A stretch of DNA of 63,883 nucleotides, the filler included, from Reticulomyxa filosa (lineage: Eukaryota; Protista; Foraminifera): NCBI GenBank assembly GCA_000512085.1. It is 18 parts of 18 records of this genome, joined end to end, with 100 filler letters (N's around TTAATTAATTAA, not from the genome) between each part and the next. Parts side by side here need not be neighbours in the genome. Positions count along the whole stretch, not along the records: positions 11,983 to 13,006 come from ASPP01026042.1; positions 13,107 to 14,785 come from ASPP01025936.1; positions 14,886 to 16,467 come from ASPP01038894.1; positions 16,568 to 18,869 come from ASPP01039611.1; positions 18,970 to 20,372 come from ASPP01007750.1; positions 20,473 to 21,625 come from ASPP01002192.1; positions 21,726 to 22,829 come from ASPP01048739.1; positions 22,930 to 29,813 come from ASPP01012442.1; 10 more parts are not named here. One strand, 5' to 3'. The notes under the pieces were generated by a model, which saw only the letters and a program-made list of their open reading frames with translations, was not told where the DNA came from and did no database searches. Within the stretch, counting starts at the first letter, position 1, and the number at the start of each line of letters is the position of its first letter. Position numbers and translations under genes: made by a program. Shown in pieces: positions 12,857 to 25,622 of the stretch.

Positions 12857-13819
12857 TTTTTTTCTTTTTATCTCAAATATCTTTTCTTTTAATCCTAAAA
12901 AAGTGCTAAAAGAATAACTATTTCAACACAACAAGCATTGGTAGGTCTCAATTTAATCTTGAGAAATTGCTTACTTTTAGATTATTATTTGTAATTGTGG
13001 TTAATGNNNNNNNNNNNNNNNNNNNNNNNNNNNNNNNNNNNNNNNNNNNNTTAATTAATTAANNNNNNNNNNNNNNNNNNNNNNNNNNNNNNNNNNNNNN
13101 NNNNNNAGCATATTTAACCGAGTCTTCGAATTGGAATTGACCGATCAAATAATAGTAATATTCTTTTACAATTGCCTTCACACACAAAACAAATAACAAC
13201 TATATATACATATATACATGTACATATATTTTTTTTAATTAGTTTGGTTCTCTTGTATGCAATAATGTGAAAGTATTATTATGTTTCAGCTATCCAGTCA
13301 CATTATAACTTGGAATATAGGTTGCGCACATAATCATCGGCACACCTTTCAATTGTTCGATTTACTTTCAATTCGTCATGGACCACCTTACACGATATGG
13401 ACCTTCATTTTTTCCCAATTATACGTCATCCAAAACGCAATACTATGATTCACATTTGATTTGCTCAATAATGAACAAATATATTTTATTGGAAACGTGA
13501 CAGGTGCGTACGTGTAGTGTGGTCTCCATGATTCGGCGATATATTGGATTTCCATCAGCAACAGTTCAATCATGAGATTGCTATTTACTTTTCGTTACCG
13601 TTGCTGTCACAGTTACAATTGTCGCTGGGAATTCGCTTCAGCACTAATGACAATGTAAACAGCAAAATATGTTCATCTGCATTCCAATACTTTATTGATA
13701 CACACCTTTAAATGTCTAATCAAAATTTCAAATAACACATATCATATACACATAAATAAATAATCAATGTACGTATAAAAATGTTGTCTTGAATATGTAC
13801 ATAAATTTTAAAAAAAAAG

Positions 13820-14785
13820 GTATATAAAAACTATTTCAAGCAATGGACCAGCACGAATTATATCGTCAGGTACTGGAAAGAGGACAGGCACAAACGATCA
13901 AATAACAGCAACTCCTCGAGGTCTTGCGAATGTTGCTTCGTTTCAATGGCACTGTTTCCGTCAAGTATTCCGTTAATTTTGGACGATTAACAGATTTGGT
14001 GAAATTAGTATCATTGAAAGACATGCCCTCCATAGAACCATTTTTTGAGTGGCGGTCTTATCAATGGTAGACACTTCCACTTTTCGAATAGCCGAGCAAC
14101 TCGTTTTTGAGATTATAGAGCATTAGCTCTCACGCGCATACCAAACATCAAATCGTGGAATAAAGCATCGGCACTCGAATATTGGCGCACACAATACAGA
14201 CCAATGGTTAGACAATTGGCAAATGAGTAAAAGATTGAACGGACTGCATTTCGTTGTTGTCGTCATTGGACCGCGCTTGACATTCACACCCGTGCAGCAA
14301 CTTCTATTGGGAAGGGAGTGAGTGCGCACTATGTGAAATTCGTCCATGTTTGAAAGTGTACAACGCTCGATGTCGCCTGGGAGCTTACGATTCCTTTCAT
14401 GAGCACGCGCATGACTCAAAGCACAAATTTGCGTATGTACACACACACGACCAGTTTCGACACGGGTGCCCAATATGTGGGTTTCGATTATTGTCTTGCG
14501 TTTATACGATTAGTGCCATTTCCATAACGACGGATTTTCTCTTGCTCGTTGGCGACAGTAGATCGCAGTCAGATACTTTCTTTGAGGATAATTTGTCGGC
14601 TTGGCACAGCGCAAGAGATTTATGTGTGCAATACGTTGATAGCAAACAAGTCCTTTGCAATACTTCGAGTACCACTTCCAGACATTGCCATATTCGGTAT
14701 TTTCCATTGGGGTGTGGTGCTATTGGAAGTCAGTCTACGCCTGCGAGTGGTGACTTTGCGCGTTTCGAGACGTAAAGACCAAGTC
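13820..14785 (+). pseudogene. Unidentified coding-like segment with many stops
   Basis: GC-elevated block after an A-rich acceptor-like site; ORF 14350-14775 is in frame with ATG 13843 but separated by about 9 stops; no family recognised. Confidence 0.3.
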
Positions 14786-15720
14786 NNNNNNNNNNNNNNN
14801 NNNNNNNNNNNNNNNNNNNNNNNNNNNNNTTAATTAATTAANNNNNNNNNNNNNNNNNNNNNNNNNNNNNNNNNNNNNNNNNNNNATTTATAATGTATTT
14901 TAAATTATCACTACAGAAAAATAAAATTAAAAAATGTTTTTTGATAACAGTGAAAATTTTTTCTTAATAAAAGGGACAAAATGCTTGAAAAAATTCTTTT
15001 ACTTTTACTTTTGTTTTTTGTTATTCACTTGTTCTTTTATACGTTACGAAAAATTGCAACTACATTTTTTTGTCACAAATAGATTAAACTGCAGATTGAA
15101 CAAGACATCATTTAACAAGAAAAAGAAATAGTTCAAAAGATAGAACCATTCAAGATAGAATATTTTAGAGACGACAAGTTTTCAAAAAAGGAAAAAAAGC
15201 GGCATTATAGAACAATAAAACCTTTTGAAGGAATACATTCATTAATTATGAATTATTTAGATACGAATATGAATTTAAACAAAATGAACTTATATACCAA
15301 GAAAAAAAGGTGATTTTGATCATGAATGTGTTATCATAACATCAACTAATAATTGCCAAAATAAAGGCACTTGGCCGTTAATTAGTTAGTGTTGCCTTCA
15401 TCAACTAATATGTCACAAAACAAAAATCTTCTGGCTACAAATGGGTTGTCGTTGTCTTCATTAAATAATAGTAACTAAAACAAAGGTTTTTGTACATGAA
15501 TGGCCGCAATCGTGTTCGTTAACTGATAATAGCCAAAACACAAATCGAGCTAAATGGCAATTCTTAATAAAAAAAGACATATGTAAAGATTTTACTGAAG
15601 CTTCAGCCAAAGATATTGATGAACTGAATAGTAACGATATATAAAATACAATGTTCGTGAAAAATATCATAAAATCACAAAAGTAAGCGCAAATGAAAAG
15701 TATCAAAAAAAAATTTTATT

Positions 15721-15875
15721 TTGTTCAAAGGACATAAATATGGAATTACTAGCATAAAATATGGATCAAATGATTACAGTGTCAGTTTGTGGGATATTCA
15801 ACTGGTAAAAACATTAACACGTTCACTGGACATAAATCTGCTTCGTATGATGTAGAGTATTCCTTTGTAAATATA
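15721..15875 (+). pseudogene. WD40 family fragment with deletion and frameshift
   Basis: 'LFKGHKYGITSIKYGSNDYSVSLWDI', frameshift, then 'GKNINTFTGHKSASYDVEYS'; similar to 9920-10095. Confidence 0.75.
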
Positions 15876-17046
15876 GTATGCTTGGTCATACAAAATCCTA
15901 TTGATATAAGTGCGTTCTACTTTATGTAAATCCTTTCCTAGATAGGTTTTTGCATAATTCAATAATACGTTCAAGGTAATGTATGATCGTTTATATATTG
16001 GACATGGTGGTCAATGATATAACAGAATGTTAAGATTCAATTTAGATTACATATGGATGGCGTTTACTATATGTAATTGGATTGGGTTTTTGAACTGAGT
16101 ATTTAATACTGTTACTAGTCAAGTAATCAGGGCATATGGTTATGATTTTATAGATTACAACATCATCATTTTTTTTAAATAAATAAGGATAATTATTATT
16201 ATCAATGTTGTGACTTCTTAGAAAGGAAATGTTTATTATTAACATTTTTTATAATATTTAAATATTTATTTCAACTTGAGTTGCTTATTGGTGTGGAAAT
16301 AGAAGGAGATATGAGATCATAAATTGAATGGATGGATTTTTAAAAAATAATATCATTGAAATATAGAATGATGAGTTAAATTCTTTTTTAAAATTGTGGA
16401 AGGTTTGCCTAACTGATGCTGTGTCTTGAAGAGGAAATTAAGTTTTGTTTTGTTGTTACATTTTTTTNNNNNNNNNNNNNNNNNNNNNNNNNNNNNNNNN
16501 NNNNNNNNNNNTTAATTAATTAANNNNNNNNNNNNNNNNNNNNNNNNNNNNNNNNNNNNNNNNNNNNTTGTAAAATTTTTTTTTGAATTCTTTCTGCGTG
16601 CTAAATTCTGCGCACCAACAATCGTGTGTTTTTCTTTTACTTACAACTTTTTAGCCGAGAAATCAAATAAGGGATTTAATAAAAAAAAAACGTGAATAAA
16701 AATCTTGTATCGCTTTTTCGAATGAGTGTTTTAGACAATTCTAATAGCACAGTTCAACAAAAAAAGAACATTGACTAATTTTGTGCAGAAATTTGAAGCA
16801 AATTATAAATATTTTCACAACAAAAAACACAAAACCTGTTAGGAGGATGAAAAGGATAAATTTTTAGCGAGTACGCGAATTCGTTCCATTGAAGTTTAGT
16901 GATCGTGAAGACTGAAAAGATCTTCTTTGTTGATATGCTTTAAACAATTTTTTTTTGTCAGATAAAAGTATTTCGCATTAAAAAAAAAAAAAAAAAAAAA
17001 GTGGACAAAATCAGAAAAATTATTTCGATTTTTAGAATGGAGTGAA

Positions 17047-18869
17047 ATGAAATCGAAAATGACATATATGCAAGTAAAGCAGATACTAGCCTGTGTATTT
17101 GAATGTTTTGGAAAAAGTGGCAAATTGGAACAATTGAATGCATGGTTGGATGATTCATTGCAATGGTACCAACTGAAAAAAGACACGGAGCCAAAGCGTA
17201 TACGTATGTTTGCGATTCAACTTTGCGAGCATTTGAGTGACACAAAACAGCATCGAAAATTGCAAAAAGCGACATTGCAGCTACTGCATAAATGCCTGCA
17301 CTGGTTGCCATTGGACGTACTTGTGGCTGTGGACAAGCATATAGGTATGGAGCCACATCCAAAAAAACAGAGTGTGAGATCATTTGCGCTGCAAAAGGCG
17401 TGGCATCGTCAAAGCCATAAATGTCAATGGATAAGGCAAGTGCCAACGCAAATGATGTACTTGATCAATCAATATTTGGACATGTCAAGTTTGTCGAGTG
17501 TAAGTTATTGTTGTAAATATTTGTATTATCATTGCAAGCATCCTTGTAGCATTTGTCATGTTGAATTTCCGACGTATCCCTGGTCTCAGGAGGTTGGCGA
17601 AAAATGGAGTGTGAATTGGGACAAAATCACACATATTATGGTACAGTGGCATTCGGAATTGGAAGATTATGGCATGTATTACCAAGAAAAAAAGGAAGAA
17701 CAATGGGCAGACGAAATTCAAAAATGTGTGAATGTGACCCATTTGATTTGCCGTGTGAAACAATCGCGATTTATTGTCTTGCGACCTTATATCCTTATTC
17801 CAAAGATTATTCAAAACAATAGATTTTGTCAGCTGCGAGAAATTTTCCTGTGGCAACTTTGCTTTGATCCGACTTGGGTACCAAGTGTCTTTGGCCGATT
17901 GGTGTGTTTGCAAGTGTTGCAAATTGACGAAATTTCGGTATCAGATAGATGGAGTAATAATGATAGTTATTTTGATTATGGCACGGCGATGGAAGGGAAA
18001 TACGAGGAACACTTTGACAGCACCGAGTTGCGACAAAATTTGGAGGGTGTTCAAAGTTTGGAGGTATTGAAAATTGGCGCTTTTTCAAACTATAATCGCC
18101 GTGATACTGTCCTGTTGGAATCGCTTGCGGCATTTATAAACACGCTCATTTGTAATCAATGCAATAAGTCAATGAGCATTGTATCCATTCCCATTATTTG
18201 CAGCGTGTCCTGTATTCTCTTTCAAAATATTAGTATCACCAAAATCAAGACCTTTCAAGTGAATTTCACTGGTAGGCTCTTTTCCACGCATCACCTTCCT
18301 ATCGGTCCCGATTTGGAGGCTTTGACCCGCCTTTGGAGATGTCAAGATCCTTTTAATTGCTCCGAACTTTGCATTGTTGCGAATACGTGTGATTGGAAAA
18401 ACGACATCAAATCAAACTTCAAAGCCCTTCTTCAAGTCTTAATCCAAAATCAGAAATATTATTGCGGAAATCTTGTCCTCGATCTTGCGCTTGCAAATAA
18501 AGAAATACACTTTTGGAATGAAATTTTCAAAGTTCATTTGAATTCTTACGAATTGGAGTCCCTGAATTTGAAATTATCTCTGTCCGCAACTAGTAAATAC
18601 TATTTCTATTGGATGAAAAAACCAAAAAAAAGAAAACACATTCACTTGCACCACTAGTCACCATTTTGAAGTCTATCGTTGTTAAGAAACTATCTGCTGT
18701 TGTTAGTTATTCTGGTGATACTCTACTCTTTACAATGACTCCTGATCTACAAAAAGCACTCGATATCAAACGTACCTCGGCTCTTGACATCACCAAACAA
18801 ATATTTAAAGAGACGCCTAGTAGGATTGATATTTCAATCGAAGGACAAAAAAATTTTTGGTTGGATTGT
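17047..18869 (+). CDS. F-box-like protein with degenerate LRR-like C-terminal region; apparent frameshift near 18610-18630; 3'-truncated
   Basis: 536-aa intronless ORF; F-box-like 'IRQVPTQMMYLINQYLDMSSLSSVSYCCKYLY'; LxxLxL units (LREIFL, LQVLQI, LEVLKI, LESLNL); overlapping ORF 18609 continues to the contig end. Confidence 0.6.
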
Positions 18870-18969
18870 NNNNNNNNNNNNNNNNNNNNNNNNNNNNNNN
18901 NNNNNNNNNNNNNTTAATTAATTAANNNNNNNNNNNNNNNNNNNNNNNNNNNNNNNNNNNNNNNNNNNN

Positions 18970-20266
18970 CACGTTCCCGAGCCGGTGCATCTGTAGTTGT
19001 TGTTTCACTACTCGCTGTATCCCCACTTTGCTTACGATGATTTTTCTCTTTTTCTTTTTCTTTTTCTTTTTCCTTTTCTTTCTCTTTCTCTCTTTCCTTT
19101 TCTTTCTCTTTTCTTTCCTTTTCCTTTTCTTTTCCTTTCTTTTCTTTTCTTTTTCCTTTTCTTTTTCGTTGTTATTGTCATTATCATTCACAGCACTTTT
19201 CTCCGACTCTTTGTCTTTGACAACGGCCTCGTCATTGCTGTTGTTAGCGTGGTCACTGTGCTTTTCGTCGAGGGCTGTGAGAGTGGCAATGGACGGGTTT
19301 TCTCTCTGATGGGATGCGAATTCATTTGGCGACTCTGCTTCGTCCTCGGCGAAGCCGGTGTTGATGTAGTTGAGACTCTGTTCTCGGTCGTGATGTCCGG
19401 GGATGCTGAGCATGCCCGCATTGATGCCAATGCTCGGCAGGTTCTTTTTGTGACTTTTGGTGTCAGTCTTTTCGCCTGTCGCCAGCACTGCATAATTCGG
19501 CGCGTTTCGTTTGTCCGCATTGCTTGGTCCTTTTGTGCCAGTTATTGCAATTGTTGTTGTTGTTGTTGTTGTTGTTATTGTTGTTGTTGATGGCAATGCT
19601 GCTGTTGTTGTTGTTGTTGTTGATGTTGCTGATGACAATGCTGCTGCTGTTGTTGTTGATGCAGAATTACCTTTGGCCATTTGAGTTGCATTGACGAATT
19701 CATCTGAAACGGGAATTTGATCGGAACTCGGAGGCGGACTTGTAGTCGGACTAGCAGGATGGGACCTCCGTGTCAAATCTTGATATTGATCTGGAGGTGT
19801 CGGCGTGCGTGAGTATCCGTCGTCATGCTCTTCGTCAATGCGCTGTCTTATTGCCATCCCATAGCCATTGTTCCCTCTTCCTCTTCCTCTTCCTCTTCCT
19901 TTTCTTTTTCATTTCGATCTCGATCTCGATCTCGCTCTCGATCTCCAACTGTCCCCCTTCGTCCGTCCTCCAAAAACGCGCTATTCAGATTCGAAGTGCT
20001 CGCACTCATTGACGGCTCCCATTCGCTGCTGCTATTCTTATCATTCTCTACACTTGCATTTGTATTTGTATTGGTATTTGTATTTGCATTTGCATTGTCC
20101 GCTGCGTTGCTGCCATTGTTGTTCGTCGTCGTCGTCGTGCTGTTGTTGTTCGTTGTGTCTGCTTTGCTGTTTTTGTCCGCATTGTTACTGTTGCGTTTCC
20201 CCAATCCAAATCGCTTTTGTAGTACACTCCTTCCATCGAAATTTGGGAAAAAGTGTTTATTTTGCT
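18970..20266 (-). CDS. Internal exon(s) of an unknown low-complexity (T/N/E/K-rich) protein, frameshifted in simple repeats
   Basis: Overlapping ORFs 19848-20288 and 18922-19857; poly-T, RD and EK repeats; both ends truncated by contig limits. Confidence 0.55.
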
Positions 20267-20335
20267 CACTATTTGCATATATATACATATATGTATACGT
20301 ATTATATTTTTATTACGTTTTAAAGTACTGTGATT

Positions 20336-20372
<37 letters not shown>

Positions 20373-20874
20373 NNNNNNNNNNNNNNNNNNNNNNNNNNNN
20401 NNNNNNNNNNNNNNNNTTAATTAATTAANNNNNNNNNNNNNNNNNNNNNNNNNNNNNNNNNNNNNNNNNNNNTGTTACTAGTGTACTAATCAAAAGGCAA
20501 CATTATAGATAATTTAAATCAAATTATTTACATCATATTGTAGTTGAGGTTTAGCTTGTACACAATTGTAAGTTATTTTTCAATGTTTTATCTAAATAGA
20601 AAACATAATTTAATGTAAAATTGTTTCTTAATATACAATATAAAAATTAATTTCACAAATGAAACAAGGTTGAATTGAAAATTTTTCTTTATGATTTCAT
20701 GTATCATTGAACTAACATTATTTAACAACAATGATAACAAAAATTTAAGAAAGTCTATGTTCCGATAGATAACGTAGGGTTTTTTTAGTCGGTAGAAACG
20801 CATTTTTGAACGTTACTTAGTTATAGGAGCAGTTTTTATTGCTTTGTCAATTTTGTTTAAAAAATCTGCAAAAA

Positions 20875-21404
20875 ATGTCCCAAGATAACGACATCTTGCA
20901 GGAGCTGCAATATTTCTATAATCAAGCGCAGAGGCTGTTGTCGGAGTGCCCTTCAGGCCCACAATGGTCACGAAATCTGCAGTCCTTGGACTTGGAAAAA
21001 ACAACATACATTCATTCCGTCCTGAGACAGCATGGGGTGTACTAAATCAATTTCGGCAATTGCACTGCAATGGCCTTTTACCAACTCAGCGTGGGAACCT
21101 GGATGCAATGATTCAATCCTATCACCATTCCAAAATGTTGAGCAACAAGCCGCTGTTCAAGCCGCAGTTTAAGGCACCGACGCACAGTCACGAAGGATGT
21201 CTGTCGAGTGCACACACGTCTTTTTCAGGAAGCCAAGGCAAATATTTACATGTTCAAAATCATGAAGCGGACGGAGGGGATATGAATCGAATCCTGTACG
21301 CGCAGCAATACTCGATCGAGCAGACAAAGCCTATTTTGCAAACACTCATGTACACATTGCAGCAAGCAGCCATCCATCCAAGGGCTGTTGTCGGCCAGCA
21401 ACAA
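20875..21404 (+). CDS. Hypothetical protein, first exon, with a 1-nt frameshift in the A-run at about 21000
   Basis: A-rich start context, then 'MSQDNDILQELQYFYNQAQRLL...LEK' continuing in another frame as 'NNIHSFRPETAWGVL...'; GTAATT donor at about 21405. Confidence 0.5.
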
Positions 21405-21725
21405 GTAATTTTTTTATGTCATTTTTTTTTTTTTTTTACAATTTAAAAAAATATATTGTTCCGTCGAATGGCTCCAAAACAAAAAAAGACCTCACATTTT
21501 TTTTTTTTTTTTTTTTTTTTTCTTCCGACGGAAAACGTGAGAAAAACAATGATTTTATGGAATCTTAAACAACATTGAGAAAGGAGATAATCATAACAAA
21601 TAGGAAACAATAAATAATAAAAAAANNNNNNNNNNNNNNNNNNNNNNNNNNNNNNNNNNNNNNNNNNNNTTAATTAATTAANNNNNNNNNNNNNNNNNNN
21701 NNNNNNNNNNNNNNNNNNNNNNNNN

Positions 21726-21988
21726 CTGACAGAGTGTGCTACCAACTTATTCAATGATATCATTAATGTGTCGATGTAGTCTTGATTGTTTGAGTATATT
21801 GGGTCGTTTGAGTTTGAGTTTTCTTTGGCCACGTTGCTTGCACTTGACATTGCCAGAACTGCAGTTAAGACTTGCAGTATAATCAATACAATTTCATATA
21901 CCAACGAAAGCTTCATTTTGCAGTCGAAGTAGCCAGCTTTGCTCTCAATCTTTTCTCCTCCGTTTGCCCCCTTTCTTACCAGGTACAC
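21726..21988 (-). pseudogene. Fragment encoding a hydrophobic (transmembrane-like) segment
   Basis: 'LSLVYEIVLIILQVLTAVLAMSS'; upstream region interrupted by stops; no family recognised. Confidence 0.25.
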
Positions 21989-22977
21989 TGAAATGGAAAG
22001 ACATCAAATGAGCAATAAAGCCACTTTAAGAGAAAAGCAAAAAGAGTTTGTGGCAAACGAGTATATTTATAAAATGTTAAATGGATGTCATACGATTTGT
22101 AGAAATTCCGAGTTTATTGAGAAAGGACATACGTACAAAAAAATCTTAGTTATAGTTGAAATAAGTGCAAATACGTATCTACCAAATGAAAAGGTGCCAG
22201 AAAAATGAATGTATCATCAACAGCAATCCTTTTGGAAATGGGACCCCTATGAAGATGGTTTATCACTTAGTAGGCAGTTCATTAGTCTAAATTCTTCTTT
22301 CGCCAACAAATTTGAGATGACAAAAGCCACATTGTGTAAGAGTCTGTCCATGTGATGTTATTTATCCACGATTTTATAATTAATCATCTCTACTTTTATT
22401 GTCAATTCCCCAATTTTATTCAAATAGAATGTTATCCCTCTGAAAAGAAACCTGTTCCAATGGATAACTACTTTATCATTTGAAATGTAAAAGATGGAGT
22501 CAGTGTGTCACACTCCCCCAGAAGAAGGTCAAGTAATGATTATAGATTGCAAAAACTGAATTTTGAAATTTAATGTTGATCAAGTGTGTGTGCACTCCCT
22601 ACAAAATATTTTTAAAAAGAGGTATTGAAAAATACCACTATGTGCACATCAGTGATTGACTGATTACAATATCTACATGTTTGCCCAAGATTAATCAAAT
22701 CAGAAGTAGAAAGCCTTGCACGATGAATGGATCATGAGATGTGTTGTCTGACATTGAAAAAATCTAAATACAAGATTTTTGTATTTATCTAATTGGGGCA
22801 ATTGAAGTTGCACACTTAAACTGGATTCTNNNNNNNNNNNNNNNNNNNNNNNNNNNNNNNNNNNNNNNNNNNNTTAATTAATTAANNNNNNNNNNNNNNN
22901 NNNNNNNNNNNNNNNNNNNNNNNNNNNNNATATATATATTTATATATTTATATATTTATATTATATTGTGAATAGGT

Positions 22978-25186
22978 ATGCTAACAGAAATTCCATTTCG
23001 TGCCAATGTCATCGAGATGGATGACGATTGCAAAATGTCGGCGTTGCCGTCCATTGGCAAGTTCTTTGACGACAAAAACAGAGAGCTGTGCGAGCCTCCA
23101 AAAAAGAAGCGAAAGACACACCACCATCACCATCACACCGACAACACTTACGATTTCTCCTTGGAAGACAATTTGAGCGACTCTGTCCATTCGTCTGATT
23201 ACAAAGCGTGGGCAAAAGGCACTGGAGTTTATTACTTGACACTTGTCATTTGTTCTGTCTTGTGTTTGTTTTTGTTCTGTGCAAATGTTACACAAGTGTG
23301 GTGTTTGAAACCAATGTCAGTACGGACATGAACTGGACAAGGGAGATTGGGATTTGCGGGCGTGGCAATTGGCGCAAGAAAAAAAAGACAGCGAAATGCT
23401 GTCGATTGTGACCATGTTGCTGGAGGAGTTGACTTGCAAAAACAAAGAAACACATGTGTCCACGGAAAGAGATCATTTGTGCTTGGTATTTGAGGAAAGC
23501 TGCATTGTTCCGTTTTTGAAAGAGTATTTGCGAAACGACAGTCTGTTGGATATCACGCAGCATCATGAGAAGCTTTATTGTACGCTTTATTCGATCGTCC
23601 AAGAAATGAGTCAAAGTCCTCGCTTGCTGCCTCTGTTTTATGATAAGTGCCGGTCTCCTTCCACTTCCGATACTACTTTGTTCGATTTGCTACAGAATTT
23701 ATATTGCAAGGCCTCGCTCACAAGCAAGTTCGGAAATGCTGCTCCCGATGTTTATGATGCTGCCAAGGCTTCCAATAGTGTTCAGTCTGTCTCCTCTTCT
23801 TCTTCTTCTTCTTCGTCCCGGATTGCTTGCAATTTTGAACTTGATCATCAACACATTCCAAACTGTTCAAACGGCAATGAAGCAATTGGAAACTCAACAA
23901 AGTTACTTTTTTATTTATGCTATGTTGTACTGTATTGTGCCAAAGGGGGAGGGGAGGGGCTCATTGGTGCTCATTGATGATTGTACATTGCCACAATGTA
24001 AAATAATAGGCCATGCGAAAAGCAAAAAATTAATAGAAGATAAACATTCAACGGCTTGTAAAAATGATAATGACGGCGACAAATCCATTGAAACTGACCC
24101 AAAGACATATGTAAATGCAATGAAAGATCTGCAGTTTGCAATAGTTGGTAACGATGATTTGTCGTTTTTGCAAAGTCACCATTTTGCATCTATGTCCGCT
24201 GAAATTAACAAAAAGTTCATCACTCGGCTAACCTTTGAATACGCCGATCTTAGCAAATCTTTACCCATCGATGTTGATTCGAGTGTTTTTTTACGAGTCC
24301 ATGAAAACAAAATGCATTTCGCCAAAATTTTAATCATTCCTTGTGATGGAACTCCTTACGGAGGAGGATGCTTCATTTTTGGTGTGTTTCTCAAACTTCT
24401 TTAATGTATCTTTTTCTTTTCTTTTTTTTTTATTGTTCAGTATTACTGTGCAATATGCTACACTATACTCTCACACTTTTATATGTGTACATCTATTTGT
24501 TCAAAAGATGTCTATTTCCCGTCCAGTTATCCCGACGCAGCTCCAAAAGTAAACTTGATGACCACCGGGAGACAATCCGTACGCTTCAATCCCAATCTTT
24601 ACAATTGTGGCAAAGTTTGTTTGAGTTTATTGGGAACGGTATGTTCATTTTCAATATTTATCTTATTTGTCTGTTAACCAAAAGAAAATAATCGATATCT
24701 TATATCTTCTTTTATTGCTTTTTTTCAGTGGCGTGGCGGTGCACAAGGAGAGAATTGGGTCCCAGGTTTTCACTCTTTTTGTCCTGTCATTAAAAAATGT
24801 CACTTTTGTTTGTTTTTTTTGTATTTGATCAAATACTTATTTTGACAAAAAAAGGTGTATCGACCTTCTTGCAAGTATGCGTATCCATCCAAAGCCTAAT
24901 CTTTGTTCCGGAACCTTATTTCAACGAGCCGGGATATGAAAGAAACATGGGCACTCCTGACGGCCAAAAAGAGTCCAAGCAGTACAACTACTAGAAATAC
25001 AAGCTACTAATGTGTACGCTTGGGTCAATGATAGATATCTTAAAAAATCCTCCAAAATGCTTCGAAACAGTTATTAAAACACATTTCAAGTTGTCACAGC
25101 AACGGGTGTTAAGGAATGCCCAGAATTGGTTGGGTGCCCAAAATGTGCTAGTGACTCAATTAGAGGAATTACTGAAAAAATTGTAA
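22978..25186 (+). CDS. BIRC6/BRUCE-type ubiquitin-conjugating (E2) enzyme, C-terminal part, multi-exon; local frame disruption at 24990-25027
   Basis: 'WAKGTG|YG', '[19 protein letters not shown]', '[11 protein letters not shown]|DVYFPSSYP', '[20 protein letters not shown]|W' (catalytic Cys), '[19 protein letters not shown]', '[15 protein letters not shown]' match the BIRC6 UBC region; introns at about 23230-23320, 24382-24507, 24639-24728 and 24766-24854. Confidence 0.9.
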
Positions 25187-25622
25187 ACTGCAATATTTGA
25201 TGTTTTTTTAATCTTTCATGTTATTTTAAGGGAAAACAAAGCAAATTTCAAATATCATAACATTAAATTGTCATAACATCGCAATAAAATCGTTACTTAC
25301 CTTGGAATATTAAAATGTTGAAAAATCAATGAGAAAAAAAAAGACTTATGATGAATATAAGTAGTTTCCAAGAAAATGTTATTACAATTTGAATGTTTTT
25401 ATCCTCGACACAATACAAAGCAAGGGCAAAAGACAAACAAAAAAAAAAAAGAGGGGGAAAAAAAGATCACATCAAAACAGATCATGTCAAAAGAAACAAA
25501 ATTGTAGTGAGAATCTCATAAATACACACAAACCAAAAAATATGAAAAGATTGCAACAAAAGAATTCGAGAACAAAAAAAAAACCAAAAAAAAAAAGCTT
25601 CGATGTATAATTGAGATTATTC

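Noticed and set aside
18600-21010. Programmed frameshifting at about 18620, 19880 and 21000 (also 40110)
   Set aside because: All lie in or next to homopolymer or simple-repeat runs; sequencing indels are the simpler explanation
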